NCBI GenBank assembly: GCA_038087875.1
Contig: JAXLNO010000349.1
Span: 49,413 to 69,412, forward strand
From: Malacoraja senta
Taxonomy: Eukaryota
Reading direction: 5' to 3'
Length of the DNA stretch: 20,000 nt
Shown: in pieces, positions 1-9,713 of the stretch
Layout of the letters: each line of letters opens with the position of its first letter
How positions within the stretch are numbered: the first letter of the stretch is position 1
Program-made: the position numbers and the translations under genes
Notes under the pieces: generated by a model
What the model was told of the DNA's origin: nothing
The model's database searches: none
What the model saw: the letters and a program-made list of their open reading frames with translations, nothing else

Positions 1-90
1 TGACGTCCTGGATCCTGGCACCAGGGAGGCAACACACCATCTTTGAATCCCGCCTGTTGCTGCAGAAACCCCTGCCTGTACCTCTCACGA
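1..90 (-). mobile_element. CR1-type LINE ORF1 fragment (SGNH esterase-like domain), cut by the window edge
   Basis: Minus strand translates as VRGTGRGFCSNRRDSKMVCCLPGARIQDV, matching the VCCLPGAR(V/I)xDV motif of CR1 ORF1 esterase domains. Confidence 0.8.
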
Positions 91-224
91 AAGATTCAGG
101 CAACCATCTATGACCAATACAAATTAGTGTTAAGTATTTGGTTTGTGTGTGTGTTGGGAGGGTGGTGGAGTGAATGGTTTAATTATTAATTTCAACAATC
201 TACATTATTTTTAAAATATATATA

Positions 225-805
225 TTTTTTTATTAGAAGTATTTTACATTACAGTAATCTGCAATAACGTAAATTTATACAGTTCTTGTACCACTTCTGT
301 TTTTCAACTTTAATAGAAAAAAAGGATAGAAAGAGCTAGCAAAGACAGTCAGTGAGTGAATGAAAAAGTGGTCCAGGAACACACATGTGAACCTAAACCA
401 CAAGAAATAGTTAAAGAAGAAAAGAAAAATAGAGAGAAAAGAAAATAAGATAGGACAATATGAAAGGGATGCACCTACTTCTTATCTTTACTCACCCCTC
501 GCCAGGTCCTAAAACCATTTATTATCATCATTTTGTTGCACCCTATGTTTGTAATAAGTGGATATATGGAGACCAAATCTTTTGGAATTGGTCTTGTTTA
601 CCTGCTGGGAGGAATCTCATATCTTCTAGATGTAACAATTCCGACATATTAGAAGTCCACATTTTTAGTTGGCGTAGGAGCATTTTTCCAAAATGTCAGT
701 ATTAATTTTTTTGCCGTTATTAAGCCATAACTAAGAAAACTCCTTTGAAACGCAGTCAGCTCCAAACTTGTTGCTATTGTTCCAAAAATAATCAGTTCTG
801 CATTT
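225..805 (-). mobile_element. L1-clade LINE 3' remnant (ORF2 C-terminus, 3'UTR, A-rich tail)
   Basis: Minus strand, with a frameshift: LSYGLITAKKLILTFWKNAPTP / KMWTSNMSELLHLEDMRFLPAGKQDQFQKIWSPYIHLLQT*, stop at 543-545. This resembles the fish-type L1 ORF2 C-terminus. A T-run near 225 on the + strand would be the tail. Confidence 0.7.
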
Positions 806-809
806 TAAA

Positions 810-1026
810 GGGAAAAGATGAGTTGCCGCTAGGATTTGGACCCAAAGATGCAACTGCGATTCCAGGTCTGACAAAATATTAAAAAATCTTCAGCAAATTA
901 TTCAAAATGACAATTCCTGTCACTGTGAATGACACACACCTATAGGGACAATGTTGGCGGGAAATCTGAAGAGAAAGTAAATTGCAGGTGAACTACAGTT
1001 TGTGTTGTGTAAACATCACCACTAAC
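810..1026. repeat. Old diverged duplicate of ~4450-4654 (copy X), interrupted by the hAT insertion
   Basis: GGATTTGGACCCAAAGAT vs GGATTTAGACCCAAAGAT; AATCTGAAGAGAAAGTAAATTG vs AATCTGAACAGAAAGTAAGTTG; GTAAACATCACCACTAAC|GTAGGA vs GTAGACATCAGCGCTAACGTAGGA. Confidence 0.75.
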
Positions 1027-2415
1027 CAGGCACGTGCCGTCAGGGTAGGTAAGGGAGGCACTGCCTACCCTGACTAAAATTATAAAATGGTAATAACTAA
1101 ATATAAATAGTAAAGGCATGGGAGAATTATGCCTATCTAAGGGATCGATCTCTTAGGTAGGCATAATTCTCCGTGCCTTACATCCGCAGCGCTTGTAACC
1201 CTTGAAGGTCTGTGCAGCCCACGTGCCGTCAGCGCTGCTTCAAGCCGTCAATTTCAACGGAGCTGAAGGTAGCAGAAATTCTGCCTTTGCAGCACTGGGC
1301 AGCAGCAGCCTACTGCACATGCGCAGCGCTAGTTTCTTGGCGGGGTTTTTAAAAACGGATTGTCAATATTTTAAGTATCTTAGGAAACAAAGAGAGAAGA
1401 ATGGAGTTTGTGTACCGATAATGTGGTAAGTACATTTTGTGTTTATGTTTCTAAATACCGTATTTCCCGGGGTGTGGGGGAGGAGAGATTCTTTCACAGA
1501 GTTTGGAGAGTCTGGCCTGGGGTAAAGTTGCGGGGAGGGCATGAATGTTGTGAAGGAGGGGTCGGGATCATGCCACTTGCAACGCTCCTTGCACGAAGCC
1601 ACCGCATTGAGGCCGGGGGGAGAAGTAGCTCGGGTGGCTGCGAGCGGCCGCCGGGCTGGACAGCGGAACCGGCCGCCACCTTAGCTCCTTCTGCCGGCCC
1701 CCGCTCACCTCTGGCAGCTCTCCGTCTAAAAACCTCTCTCCTGCCGCTCGCTGGCCTCACTCATGTCAGGTTGAGGTTGAGGTTACTCGGTTGTGGGAAT
1801 TTAAGGATTTGCAGGAAGCTGCTGATATGAGCGAGCGGCAGGTGCGAGGTGTTCAGACGGAGAGCACTGGGTGAGGTGAGCGGGCCGGCAGAAGGCGCTG
1901 AAGTTACGGCCAGTTCTGCTGTTGGCTCCCGGTGGCCGCTCGCAGCTCCCCGAGCTGCTTCTATCCCTGGCTACAATGCGGTGGCTTCGCGCCCGGAGCG
2001 CCGCAGCAGCGGTGAGTGAGTGAGTTACTGGCATTATCCCCGACCCCCTCCTTCTCAACACTCCTGCCCTCCCCGCAACTTTACCCCTGGCACAGACTCT
2101 CCACACGCTGTGAAAGGAACTCTCCCCCCAATTGGTCCCTTGAACAAGTGTTGTCATTCAATTAGATGACAACTGATTCAACTTTTCCCTGTACTCCCGT
2201 TTTTCCCACCATCTCTCCACCTGCCATCACCCTTCACCCCCCACCCATTCAGTAATTCAGAATAAAGAAACTTGGAAACCTTGGGCAAATTGAATTGTTA
2301 CTGTCTTTAGTTTTATTTTTATTTTTACGGAGAGAACAATCTGCGCATGCGCGGTTTAATTTTTTTTAAGCTGACTGACTGCCTACCTTGAGTAATTACT
2401 CACGGCACATGCCTG
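1027..2415. mobile_element. Non-autonomous hAT DNA transposon (1389 bp)
   Basis: TIRs CAGGCACGTGCCGT (1027-1040) and ACGGCACATGCCTG (2402-2415) match 13/14. Exact 8-bp TSD CCACTAAC at 1019-1026 and 2416-2423. Subterminal GCCTACC/GGTAGGC motifs. No transposase ORF. Confidence 0.9.
1475..2130. repeat. Long diverged inverted repeat inside the hAT element (arms ~1475-1769 and ~1822-2130, ~52-bp spacer)
   Basis: The arms are reverse-complement homologous. ORFs 1408+ and 2157- give the same peptides (FHxVWRV, GIMP, ARSHRI, RSSSGxCERPPG). Confidence 0.9.
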
Positions 2416-2469
2416 CCACTAACGTAGGACTCCGGCTGGGCACGGTTCAATTTAACTCGTTGACATGAG

Positions 2470-3622
2470 TGGGCTTAGTGATTGCTTTGTCAATCTGGAG
2501 ACCAACAACATTCTTGTTCAAATGTTTTGGGACCAGAGACGAGGGGCCGGCTGTGTATTGGGAAGAAGTCAGTGGGGTGGGAGACTGGCTCTGGAGGGTG
2601 GGTGGAGTTGGGGTGATGGGCGAGGGGTGGGCGGTGCAAGTGGAAGTGGTGATGATAAAGGCAGTCTTTGTGGATTCATCACAAGCCAGGTTTACATCCG
2701 AGACGGAAAGACAGCAACTGGCTGATGGAAAGGAATCACAAGGCCAGGTGAGGAAAGTTTTGTGAATATAATCTTTTAACAGGATGGCCAGTGTTCAGTT
2801 TACTAGTTGCTCTGAGATGCTTCTTGCCTACTCAGTCACGCGTCTAAACATTTTTCAGGTACTGATTAGAATTTGGAAATGTTATCAAAGTGGGTAACGA
2901 AATGGGGTAAAATCTGTGGTTTGGAGCAGTTCCGGTGTCCACTAGAGATGTAGTAATGATGCAAAGTTTAACTTGCATTTAACTGTAAATTGGAGCCCTT
3001 TCCCCTGTCTCAGTCTGAAGAAGAGTCTCGACCTCAATCCTGTTTCCAGAGATGTTGTCTGACCCGCTGAGGTACTCCAGCTTCTTTTTGTCTATCTTGG
3101 GCCTAGGGTGTGATTGCTTTATCAATCGGGCTCTGCCCCGGCAACTAAACCTTTGCCCACATGTTTTGGGACCGGGGACAGGAGGGTGGGCACTGTGCTT
3201 TTGGTGTGTATTGGGAAGAAGTCCGTGGGGTGGGATGACTTGCTCTGGAGGGTGGGCAGAATTCTGCCATTGCCAGTCCCTGACTGTATCATTGGGCCGG
3301 GGGTTGGGGCGATGGGCGGGAAGTGGTGGTGCAAAGTACAAGAGTAATCATAAGGATGAATCAAGCCTTTGTGGATTCAACGCGAGACAGCAGCTGGCTG
3401 ATGGAGGGGAAAGACAGGGAAAACAGGATGGCTCATGTTCAGTTTACAAGTTGCTCACAGATGACTCTTGCTTTTGCAGAGATGTGCGTCTAAAAATTCT
3501 TAAGATGGTGATTGGAATTTTGAAATTTAATCAAATGAAAAGAGGGGAAAAATCTGTGGTCTGGTGCAGTTCAGGTGTGTTCTGTTGCAAAGTTTTGCTT
3601 GTATTTAACTGTAAGCTGGAAC
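2470..3622. repeat. Diverged direct duplication, ~525-bp units (2470-2997 and 3100-3622)
   Basis: Shared blocks in the same order: GTGATTGCTTT, ATGTTTTGGGACC, TGTGTATTGGGAAGAAGTC, CTTTGTGGATTCA, CTGGCTGATGGA, TGTTCAGTTTAC, GCGTCTAAA, AAAATCTGTGGT, ATTTAACTGTAA. Confidence 0.85.
3012..3098 (+). mobile_element. Degenerate short Penelope-terminus-derived repeat
   Basis: AGTCTGAAGAAGAGTCTCGACC...GACCCGCTGAGGTACTCCAGC...TTTTGTCTATC is similar to 11576-11670. The GAAAC part of the hammerhead core is lost. Confidence 0.7.
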
Positions 3623-3916
3623 TGTAGGACTTCTTTGAATGAATTCTTTGAAAAGAGTGAAAACAATCTCATCACAAGGATTGGATTGCTGAAAGCAACA
3701 CTGGTGTGCTTGACAGTTTATCTATCTGAAGAAGTATAACTATCCACACTGCTTGTTTTCAGTGGCATGACTGTGGTTCCCTGTATTTGTGTGAAACAAG
3801 CCGTTGACTTTCTGTCTACACAGGGCTTCAAGTAGTTCACCCATTTTGGGAAACGTTGAATTTGTGCTGTTCTCTGACTTTTATAGTTGACCATGAATCA
3901 ATTGTTTCTGTTCCTT

Positions 3917-4080
3917 TGTAGAAACAAGAAACTGTAGATGCTGGTTAATCCACTAAAGGGGACAAAGTGCTGGAGTAAACCAGCAGGCCAGGCAGCATCT
4001 CTGGAGCACATGAGGTGTTGTTTTCGGTTGGGAACCTTCTTCAGTTCAGACTGAGTTTCTCCAGCACATTGTGTCCTTTC
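3917..4080 (-). mobile_element. Short Penelope-terminus-derived repeat with a partial inverted second arm
   Basis: Minus strand reads CTGAAGAAGGTTCCCAACCGAAA...AGATGCTGCCTGGCCTGCTG...CCAGCATCTACAGTTTCTT. 4051-4079 (CTGAGTTTCTCCAGCACATTGTGTCCTT) is an inverted copy of ~3956-3983. Confidence 0.7.
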
Positions 4081-4123
4081 CCTTCTGTTCCTTTGTTCAC
4101 TGCTACGCTGTTACTCTATCTAG

Positions 4124-4225
4124 AGGGGAGAATGGGTTGGGAGAAAGGTAGTTCAGCCATTATTGAATGGCGGAGTGGTATTTGAAGGGCCGAATGGCCT
4201 GATTCTGCTCCTATAATAATGAACG
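4124..4225 (+). mobile_element. CR1 LINE 3'UTR fragment
   Basis: CAGCCATTATTGAATGGCGGAG...GGGCCGAATGGCCTGATTCTGCTCCTAT is homologous to the CR1 3' end at ~12755-12820. Confidence 0.75.
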
Positions 4226-4449
4226 TGCTGGGCCCTGGGCAATTGCCTGTTGTGAATTGCATGTCAGGAAATGGATATTCCAAATGCTCGTATTTGCACG
4301 GTTTGAAGCAACTGCAATCTTTTGCTTTTCTCCATCTTGTTTTGTGACAGTTGATGATGCTTTGATTTTGGTGAACAAAGATTCATGTCACCATCAATGG
4401 TTGCCTTCAGTGTTTAGTGTTGATTATGAGGATTATGTGTGGTGCCTTT

Positions 4450-4654
4450 ACTAAGAGCTGTTTGGATTTAGACCCAAAGATTTTAATGACAAAAAGCTTA
4501 AAAAAGATACTTCAGTACAATTGTTCAATGTCACAACTGCCAGCACTCAATGAAGTCACAACTAGCAGGATAATGCAGGCTGGCAATCTGAACAGAAAGT
4601 AAGTTGTTTGTGAATTACAGTTCACATCTGTAGACATCAGCGCTAACGTAGGAT
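4450..4654. repeat. Old diverged duplicate of ~810-1026 (copy X'), lacking the hAT insertion
   Basis: Same shared blocks as 810-1026. It carries the uninterrupted site CAGCGCTAACGTAGGA. Confidence 0.75.
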
Positions 4655-4772
4655 GTCATACCTCTGCAATAATTCTAATGATCCAGTACCAACCTGATTT
4701 CCCCAATCTACATGCATTGAAATCCATACATGCATATTGAAGTCACATTGCCTTGCTTACATGCCGATTATA

Positions 4773-5165
4773 CAGGGCTGCCAACTCTCACGCTTTCAGC
4801 GTGAGAATCACGCCTTGGAGCAAATTCTCACGCCCTCACGCTCATGACCGAGTTCTCACGCTGAGTTCAGTGCCTGCACAGTTTGTCCCTTTGCGCCGCG
4901 TGCCAGGGATCTGCACGGTCTGGGGAAGCGCGTCTGTTGCCGGCTGTGAGTGACGTCGCGTCTCTTCTCTCTTGGTTGGATTTGCAGCCGCCGGGTGTCA
5001 GCAGCTCTATGTGCCGGCTGTGAGCGCTGCGCTGCCGGCCGCCGCTGCAGCCTCGCTCCCTCCCTCCCTCCCTCCCTCCCTCCTGCCCTTCAACTCACAC
5101 GGCAGCACCAGCGCCGCCAATCCACGCTGCACCGTGCCCGCCACACTCCCCATTGGGCAGCCGGG
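4773..5165. mobile_element. hAT (Blackjack-like) non-autonomous element, left end 1
   Basis: Begins CAGGGCTGCCAAC, with repeated subterminal TCACGC motifs. The same start recurs at 6400 and the reverse complement GTTGGCAGCCCTG ends at 8839. The right boundary is approximate. Confidence 0.65.
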
Positions 5166-5372
5166 GAGAGAGAGGGAGGGGGGAAAGAGAGAAAGAGAGA
5201 GAGAGGGAAAGAAAAAAAAGGGAGGGATGGAGGCAAAGAGAGATAAGGGGAGGGAATGTAGAAAGGGGATGGAGGAAGGAAAGGAGAAAGTGGAGAAAGA
5301 GGGAGGGGAGGAAAGAGGGAAGGATGGGGGCAGGAGGGGGGAAGGGGAGGATGGAGGGAGTGGGAAGAAAAG
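5165..5372. repeat. Purine-rich (G/A) low-complexity tract
   Basis: Almost exclusively G and A on the + strand. Confidence 0.9.
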
Positions 5373-6398
5373 GTGTGTGTGTGTGCTTGTGTGTCTGTCT
5401 CCCCGTGTGTGTCTCCTTGTGTGTGTGTGTCTCCCTGTGTGTGTGTCTCCCTGTGTGTGTGTGTGTCTCCCTGTGTGTGTGTGTGTGTGTGTGTGTCTCC
5501 CTGTGTGTGTGTGTGTGTGTATCCCTGTGTGTGTGTGTGTCTCCCTGTGTGTGTGTGTGTCTCCCTGTGTGTGTGTGTGTGTGTGTGTGTCTCCCTGTGT
5601 GTGTGTGTGTGTGTCTCCCTGTGTGCGTGTCTCCGTGTGTGTGTTTTTCCCTGTGTGTGTGTGTGTGTGTGTGTGTGTCTCCCTGTGTGTGTGTGTGTGT
5701 GTCTCCCTGTGTGTGTGTCTCCCTGTGTGTGTGTCTCCCTGTGTGTGTGTGTGTGTGTGTCTCCCTGTGTGTGTGTGTGTGTCTCCCTGTGTGTGTGTCT
5801 GCCTGTGTGTGTCTCCCTGTGTGTGTGTGTGTGTGTGTGTGTGTCTCCCTGTGTGTGTGTGTGTGTGTGTGTCTCCCTGTGTGTGTGTGTGTGTCTCCCT
5901 GTGTGTGTGTGTGTCTCCCTGTGTGTGTGTCTCCCTGTGTGTGTGTCTCCCTGTGTGTGTGTGTGTGTGTGTGTGTCTGCCTGTGTGTGTGTCTCCCTGT
6001 GTGTGTGTGTGTGTCTGCCTGTGTGTGTGTGTGTGTCTCCCTGTGTGTGTGTGTGTGTCTGCCTGTGTGTGTGTGTGTGTGTGTGTCTCCCTGTGTGTGT
6101 GTGTGTCTCCCTGTGTGTGTGTGTGTCTGCCTGTGTGTGTGTGTGTGTGTGTGTCTCCCTGTGTGTGTTTGTGTGTGTGTGTGTCTGCCTGTGTGTGTTT
6201 GTGTGTGTGTGTCTGCCTGTGTGTGTCTCCCTGTGTGTGTGTGTGTGTGTGTCTCCCTGTGTGTGTGTGTGTCTCCCTGTGTGTGTGTGTGTGTGTGTGT
6301 GTCTCCCTGTGTGTGTGTGTGTCTCCCTGTGTGTGTGTCTCCCTGTGTGTGTGTCTCCCTGTGTGTGTGTGTGTCTCCCTGTGTGTGTGTGTGTGTGC
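5373..6398. repeat. Compound microsatellite (GT)n-CTCCCT / (GT)n-CTGCCT, ~1 kb
   Basis: Variable GT runs regularly punctuated by CTCCCT or CTGCCT. Confidence 0.97.
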
Positions 6399-6399
6399 G

Positions 6400-6480
6400 C
6401 AGGGCTGCCAACTCTCACGCATTGAGCGTGAGACTCACACATTTGACAAAGCTTTCATGCTCTCACGCTGATCACAAAAT
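6400..6480. mobile_element. hAT (Blackjack-like) element, left end 2
   Basis: CAGGGCTGCCAACTCTCACGCATTGAGCGTGAGACTCAC is near-identical to the sequence starting at 4773. Confidence 0.7.
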
Positions 6481-6519
6481 TATATAATGAGAATAGGACC
6501 TGTTTTGCTTAACAAATAG

Positions 6520-6654
6520 TGTAGGAAGGAATTGCTGATGCTGGTTTAAACTGAAGATAGACACTAAAAACTAGAAAATCTCAGCAGGACAGGCAGCATC
6601 TCTGGGGAGAAAGAATGGGTGATGTATCGAGTCGAGACCTTCAGTCTGAAGAGA
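6520..6654 (-). mobile_element. Short Penelope-terminus-derived repeat with a degenerate hammerhead region
   Basis: GTGTAGGAAGGAATTGCTGATGCTGG...CTCAGCAGGACAGGCAGCATCTCTGG...GTCGAGACCTTCAG is a reverse-complement homologue of 7096-7226. Confidence 0.75.
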
Positions 6655-6784
6655 TTGAAAACCAGCCATAAAACACAATGACTGGACATGTGTGTTATCC
6701 AACTAAGGGCAGAAATCAGAATCATGTGTTCATCTTTATTCACGTGACACCATAATAAATATATTACAGAAACAATAATGTAAT

Positions 6785-6990
6785 GGGGTGGCACGGTGGC
6801 GCAGTGGTAGAGTTGCTGCCTTACTACCACATGGGTTTGCTCTGGATATTCCGGTTTCTCCCATATCCGAAAGAAGTGCAGGTTTGTAGGTTAATTGGCT
6901 TCTGTAAATTGCCCTTGGTGTGATGGATGGAATTGGTGTATGATAGATTGCTGGTCGGTGTGGACTTTCTGGGCGGAAGGGCCTGTTTCC
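6785..6990 (+). mobile_element. tRNA-derived SINE (HE1/V-SINE-like), internally deleted
   Basis: 5' GGCACGGTGGCGCAGTGGTAGAG (pol III A box), central CCGGTTTCTCCCA...AGGTTAATTGG...TAAATTGCCC, and LINE-like tail GGGCGGAAGGGCCTGTTTCC. The B-box region is missing. Confidence 0.8.
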
Positions 6991-7095
6991 ATATATATTT
7001 TTACATATATATCTTAATTTCATTGAACCATATATGATTGAATATGTGGCATTATTTTCGTCTTGTTTCTATATTCAAAGGGTAAGGTTGAAACC

Positions 7096-7226
7096 GTCTG
7101 AAGAAGGATTTCGGCCCGAAACGTTGCCTATTTCCTTCGCTCCATAGATGCTGCCGCACCCGCTGAGTTTCTCCAGCAATTTTGTCTACCTTTGATTCTC
7201 CAGCATCTGTAGTTCCTTCTTGAACA
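7096..7226 (+). mobile_element. Solo Penelope terminal repeat with a minimal hammerhead ribozyme motif
   Basis: Highly similar to 11576-11670. CTGAAGA (7098-7104)-A-GGAT TTCG GCCC-GAAA-CGTT. Confidence 0.8.
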
Positions 7227-7294
7227 AGGTTGATTGATTTATTTGTACAGAACGGTGATGGAAGTTCAACTTTTGCTTTGTTTCTCTGAGTTTT

Positions 7295-7357
<63 letters not shown>
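7295..7357. repeat. (CT)n(AT)n microsatellite
   Basis: Direct reading of the sequence. Confidence 0.97.
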
Positions 7358-7359
<2 letters not shown>

Positions 7360-7509
7360 GTAACAGCATGAATATAATCTGATTTCCATATATGAATACA
7401 GTCATTCATGTACTGCACCTGTTGATCAGAGCCTGGCTCTATTGTGGAATGTAATTAGGAATGTAATTTAGCCTAACCTTATTCATACGTAATCCAATTC
7501 AAAGCATAA

Positions 7510-8638
7510 ATAGAAACATAGAAACATAGAAATTAGGTGCAGGAGTAGGCCATTTGGCCCTTCGAGCCTGCACCGCCATTCAATATGATCATGGCTAATC
7601 ATCCAACTCAGTATCCTGTACCTGCCTTCTCTCCATACCCCCTGATCCCTTTAGCCACAAGGGCCACATCTAACTCCCTCTTAAATATAGCCAATGAACT
7701 GGCCTCGACTACCCTCTGTGGCAGAGAGTTCCAGAGATTCACCACTCTCTGTGTGAAAAAAGTTTTTCTCATCTCGGTTTTAAAGGATTTCCCCCTTATC
7801 CTTAAGCTGTGACCCCTTGTCCTGGACTTCCCCAACATCGGGAGCAATCTTCCTGCATCTAGCCTGTCGAACCCCTTAAGAATTTTGTAAGTTTCTATAA
7901 GATCCCCTCTCAATCTCCTAAATTCTAGAGAGTATAAACCAAGTCTATCCAGTCCTTCTTCATAAGACAGTCCTGACATCCCAGGAATCAGTCTGGTGAA
8001 CCTTCTCTACACTCCCTCTATGGCAATAATGTCCTTCCTCAGATTTGGAGACCAAAACTGTACGCAATACTCCAGGTGTGGTCTCACCAAGACCCTGTAC
8101 AACTGCAGTAGAACCTCCCTGCTCCTATACTCAAATCCTTTTGCTATGAATGCTAACATACCATTCGCTTTCTTCACTGCCTGCTGCACCTGCATGCCTA
8201 CCTTCAATGACTGGTGTACCATGACACCCAGGTCTCGTTGCATCTCCCCTTTTCCTAATCGGACACCATTTAGATAATAGTCTGCTTCCTGTTTTTGCCA
8301 CCAAAGTGGATAACTTCACATTTATCCACATTATACTGCGTCTGCCATGCATTTGCCCACTCACCCAGCCTATCCAAGTCACCTTGCAGTCTCCTAGCAT
8401 CCTCCTCACAGCTAACACTGCCCCCCAGCTTAGTGTCATCCGCAAACTTGGAGATGTTGCATTCAATTCCCTCGCCCAAATCATTAATATAAATTGTAAA
8501 TAGCTGGGGTCCCAGCACTGAGACTTGCGGTACCCCACTAGTCACTGCCTGCCATTGTGAAAAGGACCCGTTTACTCCTACTCTTTGCTTCCTGTTTGCC
8601 AGCCAGTTCTCTATCCACATCAATACTGAACCCCCAAT
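7510..8638 (-). mobile_element. CR1 (HER1-like) LINE, 5'-truncated, RT C-terminal half with frameshifts
   Basis: [74 protein letters not shown]. (ATAGAAAC)n tail at 7510. Confidence 0.95.
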
Positions 8639-8839
8639 GTTGCATTCAATTGCAAGTTAAAAGACTCGCTACAGTGTGCACCAGATTGCACAATTTCAAG
8701 CTGAAAAATGCAAAAGCTCCCAACCATGGGAGGGGGACACCCCCCTCCCACACCCTCACCCCTCCCACCCCACCCCCCCGGTCGCTACGCTCCCTCGCAA
8801 TTTCTCACTCTCAACTCTCACCCAATGTTGGCAGCCCTG
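8639..8839. mobile_element. hAT (Blackjack-like) element, right end
   Basis: Ends GTTGGCAGCCCTG, the reverse complement of CAGGGCTGCCAAC. Subterminal CTCTCAC motifs and a GGGAGGGGGACACCCCCCTCCC hairpin. Confidence 0.7.
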
Positions 8840-8845
8840 CTATTC

Positions 8846-9708
8846 CCCCTTTTAAGTGACTACAATGGGAGTGCCAGCAGTCAAGATGGCCGCCTCCCTG
8901 GGATTCATCTCCCTTTGACTTCAATGGAAGCGCCCTGATCAAAGGTGGCCGCCACCCTGGGCTTCACCTCCCATTGACTTCAATGGGAGTGCCCTGACTA
9001 AAGATGGCCGCCTCCCTGGACTTCACCTCTCTTTGACTTCAATGGAAGCGCCCTGACGAAAGATGGCCGCCTCCCTGACCTCAGATCATTGCCTTAAATG
9101 GAAGTGCCCTGATCAAATATGGCCGTCCCCTGGCTTCACCTCCCATTGATTTCAATGGAAGTGCCCTGACCAAAGATGGCCGCCTCCCTGACCTCACCTC
9201 CCTTTGACTTCTGTGTGCCATGACCAAAGATGGCCGTCTCCTTGGAGAGGAGAGGGAAAAGAGATAGAGAAGGAGAGAGAGAGAGAAAGAAGGGAAGGAG
9301 AAGAGGAAGCCAGAGGAGGGGAGAGAGAGAAAGAGAAAGAAAGAGGTAGAGAGAGAGAAAAAAAAAATGAAGGCTGCCAGTAGCTAAGATGGCCGTCCAC
9401 GGCTTCATTCTTATTGACTTCAATGGAAGCCTGCCAGTAACTAAGATGGCCGCCCAGAACATCACGTCCCTTTGACTTCAATGTCAGTGCCTTGACCAAA
9501 GATGGACGCCTCCCTGGGCTTCACTCCCATTGACTTCAATGGAACACTGCCAGTAGCTACGATGGCCGCCCGGGGTTTCACTGTCAATGGACTGCAACAG
9601 CAGACTGCCGGTAAACAAGATGGCCGCCTGCAGCTCCACAGGGAAATGCCAGCATCCAAAATGGCTTCACTCTCATTAACTTCAATGGCAGGCTGCCTGT
9701 AGACAAAG
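8846..9708. repeat. ~55-60-bp diverged minisatellite (~13 units) interrupted by a GA-rich tract (~9244-9367)
   Basis: Unit consensus approximately CAAAGATGGCCGCCTCCCTGGGCTTCACCTCCCATTGACTTCAATGGAAGTGCCCTGAC. Unit starts near 8881, 8940, 8999, 9058, 9114, 9170, 9224, 9384, 9441, 9496, 9557, 9615 and 9656. Confidence 0.92.
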
Positions 9709-9713
9709 TGTTT

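Noticed and set aside
1456..1470. TACCGTATTTCCC resembling a Tc2/mariner-type TIR start
   Set aside because: No matching inverted end with a TA duplication was found beyond the inverted repeat.
2649..2725. C/D-box snoRNA candidate (GTGATGA...CTGA)
   Set aside because: No terminal stem, and box C is not conserved in the duplicate unit at 3100-3622.
3159..3197. V(D)J recombination signal (CACTGTG at 3191, also near 921)
   Set aside because: No acceptable nonamer at 12 or 23 bp spacing and no V/D/J coding segment.
3745..3805. Possible pre-miRNA or H/ACA hairpin (GCTTGTTTTCA...TGAAACAAGC)
   Set aside because: Only ~10 bp pair, the inner region pairs poorly, and there is no recognisable mature sequence or H box.
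4972..6487. Six long ORFs of 350-499 aa (CV-rich or HT-rich)
   Set aside because: They are translations of the (GT)n-CTCCCT microsatellite and polypurine tract, open in all frames because the repeat lacks stop codons.
6785..6830. tRNA gene
   Set aside because: Only the A-box half is present and it continues into SINE body sequence, with no cloverleaf.
8846..9708. CRISPR-like appearance (conserved motif plus palindrome at regular spacing)
   Set aside because: The intervening sequences are homologous to one another rather than unique spacers, the context is eukaryotic, and there are no cas genes.
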